DNA of 64,000 bases from Raja brachyura (taxonomy: Eukaryota): NCBI GenBank assembly GCA_963514005.1, contig OY740814.1, positions 11,842,001 to 11,906,000 of the forward strand, in the 5' to 3' direction. The translations under genes and the position numbers were made by a program. The notes below the pieces were generated by a model that made no database searches, was not told the DNA's origin, and saw only the letters and a list, made by a program, of their open reading frames with translations. The stretch's first letter is position 1; the number at the start of each line of letters is the position of its first letter. This document shows positions 51,846-63,151 of the stretch, one piece after another.

Positions 51846-52221
51846 TTGGTTGCTATAACGTAACGCAAAGTAGATATCCTGGAAAACATTTCTTTCTCTG
51901 ATATTCTGCAATAATAACAAGGAAACTGTCAATGGTCATTATTATTATGGAGAAATTGGCCTGCAAGATCTAACATTTGAATGTAAACTATAAAATAAGA
52001 AGCAGGAGTCCAGAATTGAAGTTCAATTTACCTTGTTCCTCAGTAAGCTTTGTTTCATCAATACTTTGCTGGTAAACTTGGTTTTGTAGTACATTTTTAA
52101 CAATTTATTCATTCTTAGTTAGTATCATGTATGGAAGGTTTAGGCCCTGGATATTAGTCCAGTGACCTAACTACCAGTTGACCCACCAAACGCAGCAGAG
52201 AAGTTAAAAATATCCATCCAA

Positions 52222-53850
52222 TTGGAAGTAACTCAGCTGGACGTGCAGCATCTCTGGAGAGAAGCAATGCGTGACATTTCGGGTTGAGACCCTTCTTCAG
52301 AATAGTCAGGAGAAAGGGAACTGAGCGATGCAGACAGTGTTGTAGAGAGATATAGAAGAAATGAATGAAAGATATGCAAAAAAGTAACGATGATAAAGGA
52401 CACAGGCCATTGTTAGCTGTTTGCTGGGTGAGAACAAGAACCTGGTGCAACTTGGGTGGGGGTGGGATGGATAGAGTGGGAATGTAGGGGTTACTTGAAG
52501 TTAGAAAAATCAATATTCTTATCACTGGGTTGTAGGCTACCCAAGTAAAATATGAGATGCTGTTCCTCCAATTTGCATTTAGCCTCACTCTAACAATGGA
52601 GGAGGCTTAGACAATAGACAATAGACAATAGACAATAGGTGCATGATTAGGCCATTTGGCCCTTCAAGCCAGCACTGCCATTCAATGTGATCATGGCTGA
52701 TCATCCCCAATCAGTACCCCATTCCTGCCTTCTCCCCATATCCATTGACTCCGCTATTTTTAAGAGCACTATCTAGCTCTCTCTTGAAAGCATCTAGAGA
52801 ACCTGCCTCCACCGCCCTCTGAGGCAGAGAATTCCACAGGCTCACCACTCTCTGTGAGAAAAAGTGTTTCCTCTTCTCCGTTCTAAATGGCTTACTCCTT
52901 ATTCTTAAACTGTGGCCCCTGGTTCTGGACTCCCCCAACATTGGGAACATGTTTCCTACCTCTAGTGTGTCCAAGGCCTTAACAATCTTGGGTGGGAAGG
53001 GATGAGTTAACCAGGGAGTTGCGGAAGGAACGGTCTCTACGTAAGGCAGAAACGGGTGGAGATGGGAAGATGTGACTCATGGTGGGATCCATTGGAGGTG
53101 GCAAAAATGTCGGAGGATTATGTGTTTTATGCGACGGCTGATGGGGTGAAGGGTAAGGACTAGGGGACTGTTCCTGTAGCGACTATGGGGAGTGGAGCAA
53201 GGGCGGAGCTGCAGGGTACCGAGGAAACACATGTGAGGGCCTCATCTATGATGGAATAGGGGAACCCCCTTTCCCTAAAGAATGAGGACATCTCGGATGT
53301 CCTGGTATAGAACACCACATCTTGGGCACAGATGCAGGAAAAACGGTGGGAAGAAGTGTAGTTGAGATAGTTGTGGGAGCCAGTTGGTTTGTAGTAGATG
53401 TCAGTTGATAGTCTATCTCCTGTGATGGAGACCAAGATCAAGAAAGGGGAGGGAGGTGTCGAAGATGGTCCAAGTGCATTTGAGTGCAGGATGGAAATTG
53501 GTGTTGAAGTTAATAAAGTCCATGAGTTCTGCATGCGTGCAGGAGGTAGCACCGATGCAGTGGTCAATGTAATGGAGATGGAATTTGGGGATAGGACCAG
53601 TGTATGCCTGGAGCAGGGATTGTTCAACCTACCCTACAAAGAGGCAGCCATAGCTCGGCCCCGTGCGAGTGCCCATAGCTACGCCTTTGATTTGGAGGAA
53701 GTGGGAGGAGTAGAAGGATAAGTTGTTAAGAGTGAGGATCAACTCTGCTAGGCAGAGGAGAGTTGAGGGAGATTGGCTGCTTCTGCGGTCGAGTAAGAAA
53801 CAGAGGGCTTTAAGGCCTTCCTGATGGGGGGTGGAAGTGTAAGTGGGCAT
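52222..53850 (-). mobile_element. Penelope-like element (RT and GIY-YIG remnants), interrupted by CR1
   Basis: QIKGVAMGTRTGPSYGCLFVG, TDIYYKPTGSHNYLNYTSSH, KLEEQHLIF; terminal ribozyme-like motif at about 52271-52300. Confidence 0.9.
52610..52988 (-). mobile_element. Young CR1 LINE 3' end nested in Penelope
   Basis: (ACAATAG)n tail; MFPMLGESRTRGHSLRI...FFSQRVVSLWNSLP. Confidence 0.92.
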
Positions 53851-54753
53851 GGGAAATCTTAACATTCCCTCTGAAAAATTAATCCTCAAAAATGTGTAAT
53901 CTTAATCTAGGTTTTTTTTAAAGATGAGCTTTAAAAAGTTCTGTCTCTTTTACTACTGCCTCTCTATTCTGTTATTCTTCTTTTATTACATTTTTTCCCA
54001 TTGTTGCATAATGAATTAAATATTCAAAAATACATTTCTCGCTTTAAGTTATGTTTGACTCAGTAAGGATTTGTGTATTTTACTGGTTGAAGAGTCAAGG
54101 TAAGCTTTTCCTAATCACAAGTCCTAGATCTCCTGTTAAACTCATCAACAGCGTTATTGTCCAAAACCACAAAAGTTCTGCAGCTAGCCATAAGCATAAT
54201 AAACAGCCCCATCATTTGTTCACTTTTGAATACCAGATACAGGGCTTTGCTTTTTTATGCCTCCACACTCCCACTCCCTACAAAGTGATGTAATTGCATA
54301 GTTACATCACATTACCCAACAATGTAAGTGTTGGGGGGGAATTGAGTGTTTAACCTGTACCCTGAATTTGGCTTTCACATGGGGCCCCAGTCGCCTTCTT
54401 AATTATACCTCATATCGGGCACTTACAAAGAGCATCTGGTAGAGCAGCGGTAAGTTTCTTAAACATGTTGGTTTATTCTAGGCCTTATCAGTATGTCCAG
54501 GGAAACACTGAGAGAACCCAAGGTGTTTCATAGATTCCCAGTACCCATGGCCTCTTATATTCTGTGCTTCAGTGGTGACATGCAGATGTTACATTTTGGA
54601 AATAATTCAGTAGTCATCAATGCTTCTATGTAATAATTCATCCTTGGTTTATCTCTCTTAGAGTAGCCTTCAACTTTGTTTCCTCTTAATTAATTAACAA
54701 AATAACATCCTCCTATTAATTTGACAAAAGGCGTGTAATAAACCCTTCTAATC

Positions 54754-54830
54754 CGCTAACCTACTGAATTACTCCAGCATTTTGTGGCTGCCTTCGATTT
54801 AAACCAGCATCTGCAGTTTTTTCCGACACA
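54754..54830 (+). mobile_element. Short Penelope-terminus insertion lacking the ribozyme core
   Basis: 9-bp TSD CTTCTAATC; ttactccagcattttgtg...aaaccagcatctgcagtt. Confidence 0.75.
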
Positions 54831-55096
54831 CTTCTAATCTCATGATTAGTTTTATTGCCCTTAGCCTTGTTAACATCATTCTGTGTTTATCTTTACCCTA
54901 TCTAGGCTTTGTAGTCTAAATACATCCTAAATCTATCTATTGCTTTTCCTAATATGATTTATCTTCATACCTTCATTTATCTTCACTCTGTTGGCCCATT
55001 TTCCCTTCATACTTCCCAATGTATACTCTTGGGTTATACATATTACAAATCGACAATTTTCTTATAATTTCCAACATTTACTATATCAAATCATAA

Positions 55097-55407
55097 GGGT
55101 GGCATGGTGGCGCAGTGGTAGAGTTGCTGATTTACAGCACTTGCAGTGCCGGAGAACCGTGTTTGATCCCGACTACGGGGGCTGTCTGCACAGAGTTTGT
55201 ACGTTGTCCCCGTGACCGTGGGCTTTCTTCGGTTTAATCCCACACTCCAAAGACGTACAGGTTTGTAGATTAATTGGCTTGGTATATGTGTAAATTGTCC
55301 CTAATGTGTGTAGGATAGTGTTAATATGCGGGGATCGCTGGTCGGCGCGGACCTGGTAGGCCGTAGGGCCTGTTTCTGCGCTGTATCCCTAAAACTGAAA
55401 CGAAAAA
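55097..55407 (+). mobile_element. V-SINE (HE1-like), full length
   Basis: A box TGGCGCAGTGG, B-box-like gtttgatccc, cccacactccaaagacgtacaggtt core, CR1-like tail. Confidence 0.9.
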
Positions 55408-56035
55408 CCTCGCTTATGGCTCTTGGCCATGCCCAAGTAAGTCATATTAAATAACACCATCTAACACACCTTCTGGAAGTAATTATTGGCTGTTTATCTC
55501 TCTTCCTACCTGCTTTACTAACATCAGAGTCTAACATATTACATTGCTTTATAAAATAACAAATTTACTAAAATAAAAAAAATAAAACATTTACAATCGA
55601 CAGCTGTGCAAATACCAACACATGTGATATAATCCTAATCCCTCGTTCCAGACTCTTTCCCACCAAATCCATTTTTTCAAAGTTTCCTCTGAAAAGCATT
55701 CTGCCATGCTTCAGAATAGTCTTTGAACTCTCAGATCATTCATGAATGGCCATCTCACCTTCCTTCATCAGTGCCTGCCAATCAGCATTGAGGTGTGGTA
55801 TTGATCAAAGTTTGATTACAATAAATCTCATCTGAGTCATTTTGTAGGATAACAAAGTTTACTGTTATCATATCGTTGTCTCTGATAGTGATCTGTTTTG
55901 AGAGACCCTGGAATATAACATCGTGACCAGGTTGAGTATACTTCCTGCCACTCTCTGACCATTCTCATTCTATTTATTGTCCCCTCATAGCTTGAGTATT
56001 TGAACAATCTTTTAAAATACTTGCACTATAAAATA

Positions 56036-56367
56036 CTTTCATTTTTGCAAAATGTTAAATGGTCAGCTAGACATAGATCACAAGACCTACACCAACCCCA
56101 AACCAATTAGGAGCAGACGAGGGCATTCGGTCCGATTTGTGGTCCCAGCCTCAAAGACAGATGTGTACAGCAATTTGTTCTTTCCACGCACTATTAAAGC
56201 ATGGAATAATCTCCACCAAGCCACGGTTGCCCAGCCAGATGCAACTAAATTTAAAGTGGCACTTTCTTCCCAATAACCCTCTCTGGCTAAACCTCTCCCT
56301 TCACCACCTCCAGTTTAAATTCCAGTTGGAATATTTTGGAGGACCAAGTAACCAAGAACCAAGAACC
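56036..56367 (+). mobile_element. LINE 3' end of a distinct CR1/L2-group family
   Basis: RRGHSVRF...YSNLFFPRTIKAWNNL then stop, short UTR and (ACCAAGA)n tail. Confidence 0.8.
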
Positions 56368-57052
56368 ACTACTTCTTCCTCTGCCTTGCTGTGTTTTGGC
56401 ACCTTTAAATCACATTGCTGCACTCTCTGTATCTTCTCAACTGCTCTAATTGTTCACTAAGTCCCGCTATCAAATTAACTGTGGTTATCTCTGCTGCAGA
56501 TCCTGCTCCCAATATCTCTTCTTGTCCTCTTCGAGTTATATGTGTTTTATCCATTTTCCCAATAACTGCTGCCTTATCAGATATTGGAATAATTCCTTCG
56601 AAGTTAGGGAGCACTATTCTGGAATGCCCAACCCCATGAGTCATAGTCATAGAGTGACACAGCGTGGAAACAAGCCCTTCGGCCCAACTCACCGGCCAAC
56701 ATATCCCAGCTACACTAGTACCACCTGCCTGCGTTTGGTCCATATCCCGTCCAAACCTGTCCTATCCATGTACCTGAGTTAAGCATCACTTGAATATGAT
56801 GGTAATGAGGAACAAAGGTTACATTTTCTTCCTTCAGGGTCATCATTAACCCATGACCATCCACCATCTTCATATCCTAATCACAGAGTGTCTGACTCTT
56901 GGTAGTGGTGGTCAAGAATCTGTATGGTGGACATCAATTTAACCAAACCATATATGGCGATCTCCACATATTACTGAATCTGAATTAGAAAATTGTTATT
57001 TTTAAATGTTACAATGTTTTTAATCTTGGTGTTTTATGCAATAAAAAAAATA

Positions 57053-57559
57053 CTAGACCATATGCAGACCTGTTGGGCCCCGTTCCCCAACGCATTATTC
57101 CACCACTCACCTATAGCCCCCAACTGCGCATGCATGGCTCATTTTTTTTGTAAATGTAACCACCCCCCAAGAATTTAATTAAAACGGATTTTTAAAGAAT
57201 CTCACTCTCTGCCTACCCTCCTTCAGATGGAAGCTGCTGATCCCATTGTGATGTCCTTGTGAGCTGGAACACTGCACACGGGCAGGTTATGTAAATGAGA
57301 TCCCATTGTGATGTCATAGCTGTAACTGCCACTGCTGATTCTTTCTCAAACTGGATTTTGTAAAGTTAAAAATGTGAATAACATTAAACTTGATAAAATA
57401 TAACATCAATCTGAACGAAACTTGATAAAAACACACCACAAGACAAGAGTGAGTATGGTGGTGCAAAAATATAGTGCTATCATGTACCTTTTTGGTGTAA
57501 TTTCAGGATCACACACACACATGGAAACAAACAAGATGAGAGTTTTAGTAATATATAGA
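57053..57559 (-). mobile_element. Non-autonomous Helitron-like element
   Basis: Minus strand starts TCTATATATTACTAAAACTCTC and ends with a GC hairpin (gggcccaacaggtc) then ...CTAG|T; no TIR or TSD. Confidence 0.7.
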
Positions 57560-58408
57560 AAGATGTTAAAAATAAGCCAGTTTTCCTCATGTTACAATTC
57601 AGCATTGTGGTCATAAACCAATAAGATTAATTGACTTTACTTTAATTTGTTGAGTATTAGTTTGTGATAATAATGCTCCTTTAAGCATCAATTAGTTTAA
57701 ATCTAGAGAATTATGTTGTGTGATCATTTATTTGCTCAAAACATTACAATAACCATGCCCCATGGGGTTAGATGTAGCATGTGAAACGTTACCATTATTA
57801 ATGTTAAAAAAAGCAAAGTTTATTGTAATAATTCAGCCTATTCTCCAATCTTCATTATTTTTTTAGACTGTAAAATGAATTAATGTACAATATGTGACTA
57901 TAATTGTTTTGAGAGTTTTATCTATGTTCCACATTGCATACTGATATTTAAACATTAGAGAAAGGAACTATCCACCACCATTATCACGACTGTATACTGT
58001 ATATTTAAACAAATATGTTACTAAGATACCCTTAGAGACTCAAAACAATTCACCCTCAAATTATAACATAATTCATCAAGTCATCACTTCATGAGCAAAT
58101 TTTTGCAGATCCCTAGTGATACAAGAGCAGAAAACATTAAGTAAATAACATTAATAGACTATTAGCTGTTAACCAAATATTAACAGTAATTTAATACCAG
58201 TATCCCCTGAACATCAATTACAAATGAAAACAAATCTCGACTGTTTTCTGGCAAAAATCTATTATTTCTGCTTTCGATTAATTTTGGCTCCTTAGTTCAA
58301 TATGTATTCTGTCTGAAGAAATAAGCACTCATAAGGCTGCCAAGCCTTCAAAACACCGCACTCTGACACTTTTGGAAACTGGACTAGAGGTAATCTATCT
58401 ATTTACTA

Positions 58409-58586
58409 TCTAGACATAACTAAAACTCTGAGCTTGTGGTTTGCGTGGTTTTTCTATTGGCGCAAATAGGGTACACGATGGTGCTATGATTTTTCGCCAC
58501 CTTACTCACCATTTAACTGTGCTGCAGTGCAACAAGTTTTGTTCCAATCGGTAGCATATCGTAAAAGTTACCGAGATTTAAAAATC
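58409..58586 (+). mobile_element. 5' fragment of related Helitron-like element
   Basis: TCTA...actaaaactct and ggtacacgat...ccaccttactcac similar to the reverse complement of 57445-57559. Confidence 0.55.
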
Positions 58587-58730
58587 CTTCCTGTAACAGG
58601 GTGACCAGAAACATACAAAATCACGACTCAGTTTTCCCCTCCAAACCTCATTATGGTCTTTATGCTTACTGGAATAATTCTTGATCTTGGAGGCCATGTG
58701 TTTGAGAGGTGCTGTTGGGGAAACCAACTT

Positions 58731-58990
58731 GGTGGCGCAGGTTCGATCCCAACTATGGGTGCTATCTGTACGGAGCTTGTACATTCGCCTTGTAACTGCA
58801 CGGGTTTTCTCCAAGATCTTCGGTTTCCTCCCACACTCCAACAACAAACAGGTTTGTAGGTTAATTGGCTTGGTATAAGTATAACTTGTCCCAAGTGTGT
58901 GTAGGACGGTGTTAATGTATGGGTATCGCTGGTCAGTGCGGACTTAGTTGGCCGAAGAGCTCTGTATCTCTGAACTAAAATAAACTAAAT
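58731..58990 (+). mobile_element. V-SINE (HE1-like), deleted between A and B box
   Basis: ggtggcgcag directly joined to gttcgatccc, V core, (CTAAA)n tail. Confidence 0.85.
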
Positions 58991-59004
58991 TGAAGTATAT
59001 TGTT

Positions 59005-59450
59005 TAGGTGGTACACAATGTAGCCATGGTGTGTTGGGTGTTTAGGGTGGTTGACAAGATGTTATTCAAGACTGCTGCACCCCATATTCTGTCAAGCAAC
59101 TCAACAGTCATTAGAATTATACTCATCCAGGCAGGTAAGAATATTCCATCAGACTGTAGAAAATAGAAAGGCTTTGGTGTATGTGAAGGCGAGTCACTTT
59201 CCACAAAATACCTAGCCTCTTATCTACTCTCATAACCATAGCATTTAAATGGCTGGACCATTTAGTAAGCTGGTCAATTGTGGCCCTCAGGGTAAAAAAC
59301 TCTGCCATTGTGTGATGTGGATGGTGAGGGTATATCTTGTTGTAGATGATCATTGCCTGGAACATTTGTGCACAAATGTTACTTGTCACATATCAATCCA
59401 TATCTGAATACTATATCAGTCTGTTTCTGCAATTGCCACCTTTGAAGCCT
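59005..59450 (-). mobile_element. Old LINE RT C-terminal remnant
   Basis: MEYS...AWMS...LDRIWGAA-type peptides. Confidence 0.55.
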
Positions 59451-60254
59451 GATAGAATGATGGATGTAGATCACTGTAATGTTGAATAGGGCAACATGGC
59501 TTAGAAGCAGAAGAGAATCTTGATCAAGCCCCAAAACCTAATACCCACATACAATCAAGGAATTTATAATACACTTGTATCACATTTTGTACACTTGTCT
59601 ATGGCAGTGCCATGTCCTCTAACACAGTAGGTCATGGATTCAATCACTACCCACTTAAATATTCAAGTACTTCTGAAGCCTCCTTGTAAATTAAACTAAT
59701 GCTTATTTTCCACCCATTACATTAATTTTACACTGAGATTTCAGAACGGTTCAAGTTCTGGAGTGGATATTGAATTCATGATCTACTTGTTTAAAGGACA
59801 GCGTAATGTCAAATTAGACAAGGAAAACCCCCCCGACTTTTTGCACTGTTCATGGGATTTAAGTTCTAGAGCTTTAATGATACAGCATTAGTGCAGTACC
59901 TTATCATTTTTACTATATTTTGGGGACAGTTAAATTGGGGTCCTGAACACCTAATCAAATAGATCTAAAAAGGCAATTTCGCAAAATGTTCACATTTTTC
60001 ATCTTTGTCACTCATTCAATCCCTAAACAAGTGAATGACCAGTCATGCACCTGTTGTTGACCTTGTTGTTTCTAAATTGATAACAACTGAAGTGACCAAA
60101 AACATTGACAAACTTTCAGAATAGAGCAGAATTCATAAATCAAGAGAATACAGATGCCGTAATCTGGAGGAACTCAGCAAGTTAGTCAGCACCTGTGGAT
60201 GTAAAGGGATGGTTGTCTTTTTTGGGTTGCAACCCTGCATCAGGGCTCAGTGAT

Positions 60255-60432
60255 AGAGAGACACAAAATGTTGGAGTAACTCAGCGGGACAGGCAGCATC
60301 TCTGGAAAGAAGGAATGGGTGACGTTTCAGGTCAAGACCTTTCTTCAGACTGAGAGTCTGGGGAGAGGGAGTCTAGGGATATGGAAGGGTAAGGTGTGAA
60401 AATGACATATCAAAGTAGCCAGTGATCAAGGA
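60255..60432 (-). mobile_element. Penelope terminal repeat fragment with ribozyme-like motif
   Basis: gtgacgtttcaggtcaagacctttcttcagact. Confidence 0.8.
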
Positions 60433-60560
60433 AATTTTACTTTGAAGAAGGTGTACAAAGTTCTTTAAATTACAGAGGAGTCGGTCTTGCAGTTAATACG
60501 TGTTTAAATGTATGTAAAACTGTTTTGTTTTATGACTTTGGGGACTTTAACCAGAGCTTC

Positions 60561-60841
60561 ATGGCGGCGCAGTGGTAGAGTTGCTGCTTTACAGTGCTAG
60601 AGACCCAGGTTCTATCCTGAGATGGACTTTGTACATTCTCCCGTGGTTTTCCCCCTGAGTACTCTGGTTTCTTCCCACACTTCAAGATGTACAGGTTTTT
60701 AGGTTACTTGGCTTGGTATCATTGTAAATTATCCCTGGTGTGTGTAGGATAGTGCTTGTATGCGGGGATAGCAGGTGGGTGCGGACTTGGTGGACTGAAG
60801 AGCCTGTTATCGCGCCGTATCTCTAAATTAAACTAAACTAG
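60561..60841 (+). mobile_element. V-SINE (HE1-like)
   Basis: ggcgcagtggtagagttgctgc head, ggttctatcc B box, (CTAAA)n tail. Confidence 0.85.
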
Positions 60842-60849
60842 CACTCAAG

Positions 60850-61170
60850 ATGGACACAAAATGCTGGAGTAACTCAGCGGGACAGGCATCTCTGGAGAGA
60901 AGGAATGGGTGGCGTTTCGGGTTGAGACCTTTCTTCTTGATCCGAAACGTCACCTATTCCTGCTCTCTCTCGAGATGCTGCGGGGTGGAAGATTGCAACC
61001 TTCACGTGGTCCGCCCTGTTTCGACTAATGCAATCAACTCGACGTGCACAAACGGAAGATCAATTAGAGCAAGTTGTCCAACAACTTTAGGCTGTGCACG
61101 CCACACGAAAGAAGAAGAAGAGATGCTGCCTGTCCCGCTGAGTTATTCCCGTTTTTTTGTGTCTATCTTC
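60850..61170. mobile_element. Fold-back Penelope-terminus dimer interrupted by a short retroelement
   Basis: gacacaaaatgctggagtaactcagcgggacaggca and tgcctgtcccgctgagtta...ttgtgtc form inverted arms. Confidence 0.8.
60982..61119 (+). mobile_element. Short (GAA)-tailed retroelement, copy 2
   Basis: 10-bp TSD GAGATGCTGC; GGGGTG start; (GAA)n tail; matches 14068-14188. Confidence 0.88.
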
Positions 61171-61171
61171 G

Positions 61172-61378
61172 GTTTCTTTAGTCAGAGGGTGGTGAATCTG
61201 TGGGAATTCTTTGGCCAAGGCAATGGATATATTTAAGGCAGAGATAGATAGATTCTTGGTTGTGGGGAGAAGGCAGGAGAATGGGGTTAGGAGGTAGAGT
61301 TGGATCAGCCACGATTGAATGGCGGAGTAGACTTGATGGGCCGAATGGCCTAATTGTGCTCCTATCACTTATGATCAT
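61172..61378 (+). mobile_element. CR1 LINE 3' end
   Basis: FFSQRVVNLW peptide and gatgggccgaatggcct terminus. Confidence 0.85.
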
Positions 61379-61404
61379 AAACCAGCATCTGCAGTTCGTT
61401 CATT

Positions 61405-61626
61405 GGGACTCACCGCCGCTCGGCGCCTTCTGTTGAGTCTCGTTGCCGAGCACCAACGGAATCCGCCTTCAAAATGTCGCCCGCAGCCAATCACGGCCAC
61501 TGTTACTGGGCGGTGAAACAGGGCACCGGGTGTTTCCAGGGTAACCGCCGCTGCTCTGGAATTGTCTCGGCATCGCCGTCGAAGTTAGTGATCGGTAAAA
61601 CATTGCCCACAGCATCACTGTCCAAG
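61405..61626 (+). promoter_or_regulatory. CpG-rich promoter and 5'UTR with RFX X-boxes and CCAAT box
   Basis: GTTTCCAGGGTAAC (61532-61545), GTTGCCGAGCACCAAC (61442-61457), AGCCAATCA (61485-61493), GGGCGG, non-repeat CpG-dense DNA. Confidence 0.7.
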
Positions 61627-61629
61627 ATG
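61627..61629 (+). CDS. MNS1: ATG-only first coding exon of downstream gene, probably MNS1
   Basis: Good Kozak context ccAagATG directly followed by a perfect donor gtaagt, downstream of an X-box promoter; MNS1 follows ZNF280D on the same strand in human (identity rests on synteny only). Confidence 0.5.
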
Positions 61630-61819
61630 GTAAGTGAGGCCCGGCACAGTTGGCAGCTCTGCCTCCTGGGAATAACCGGGACACTTGCTGGATCTTGTTC
61701 ATTCTTTGAGGGGGACGGCGGAAGAGTTCCGATGGTTGCCTTGTGCACGGGTCACAAACCCGATGGAGAAAATGCCCACCAGTGCCACACACCCATTGAC
61801 CCGGACTCCTGGTGGAAGA

Positions 61820-62056
61820 TGTGTAGGGATGAACTGCGGGTGCTGGTTTAAACCGAAGACTGTCAGACAGACACAAAAGGCGGGAATAATTCAACGGGGG
61901 GGGGGGGGGGGGGGGTCAGGCACCATCTCTGGTGAAAATGAATAGAGAAAAGGAATAAAAAGACTGGAGTCTGAAGAAGGGCCGAAACGCCACCTATTTC
62001 TTTTCTCCAGAGGTGCTGCCTGACCCGCTGAGTTACTCCAGTATTTTTGCGTCTAG
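61820..62056. mobile_element. Fold-back Penelope-terminus repeat with poly-G tract
   Basis: gaactgcgggtgctggtttaaacc...ggtcaggcaccatctctgg / CTGAAGAagggccGAAACgcc...ccagaggtgctgcctgacccgctgagttactcc. Confidence 0.75.
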
Positions 62057-63151
62057 TTCCTCATGCAAGAACCGTGAGGGCCGATGGCTGGACGTGGGGC
62101 GTGAATAGCGACAGAATTATCTCACCTTTAAACTCCCATCACCTGCAGAAGAGTCCCACCCGACACCTCGCCTATCCAAACTCTCCACAAATGCTGAGCT
62201 CCGCGGAATCCGCGGAGTTTTTCCTACACTTTGTTTTCTTACTCGAGATTCCAGTATCTGCAGTCTCTGGTGTCGGCAGGAAAGGGGACGTGGGCCAAGT
62301 TCTGAACCAACACATACACCTTCCTCAACATCTGCCGTTTGGTTTTTCAGAAACAGCAACCCTGAGACCAAAGCTGAAGTGGGAATGGGACCAAAGGATT
62401 GATAAATAGAGGAGATCGGTCATTTCAATTGTCTTAGAGTTCTAGGTTTTGGTATTGTACAAATTTGGTATTGTACAAAACAATGCTATCATGCAGCAGG
62501 AAAAAAAGAAGGCTGACTGAGCTTACTTCTAGGATGTGAATTTTGAGGATGGGAGTGAGATTGGTGCATTTGGAATAGAATTTAGGATATATGGGGTCGA
62601 CGTGCCAAAATACTTTGCTATCAAAGGTAGGGTGAAAGACGAAATAGATGCTGCACAAAATGTCAAAATTTAGAATACATTTTGAATATACAAGGGTTAA
62701 AGAGATGGTGGAGCTTGAGAAGAGGGAAGGTTGAATGATGGAGAGATTGAAACTAGAGGTCTGCTTGACCAATTGGCCTGTCGGATTGTGAGATCTTGGA
62801 TAAATTTGGTTGAAAGTTAGAAGCCTTTTTAAGTTAAATTAAACATATTGTACTAGCAGCATGTGACTTCAGTACTGTATCCCCAAGACAACACAGTCCT
62901 GGAGTCTTGCAGCAGCAACCAAGATGGTTTTGGAATCATCAGATTGAGCTAACTCACAAAGTTATACAGCACTGAAACAGGCCTTTTGGCCTAACTCATC
63001 TCTGCCAACAGTGCGTCTACTCATTTGCTTTAATTTGGCCCATAGTTCTCTAAAGCTTTCTAAACTGAACGATTGGCTGCTGATTTATTAATATCACATC
63101 ATATTGGGTTACGTAAATTTTTTGTGACAAGATCAGTGATAACAGATAACA

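Noticed and set aside
55097-55175. tRNA-like A and B boxes
   Set aside because: Head of a V-SINE, not a cloverleaf tRNA gene; the same applies to the other SINE copies.
61469-61945. ORFs of 81-141 aa across the CpG-rich promoter
   Set aside because: Explained by GC-rich promoter/intron sequence; the ATG|gtaagt exon model fits better.
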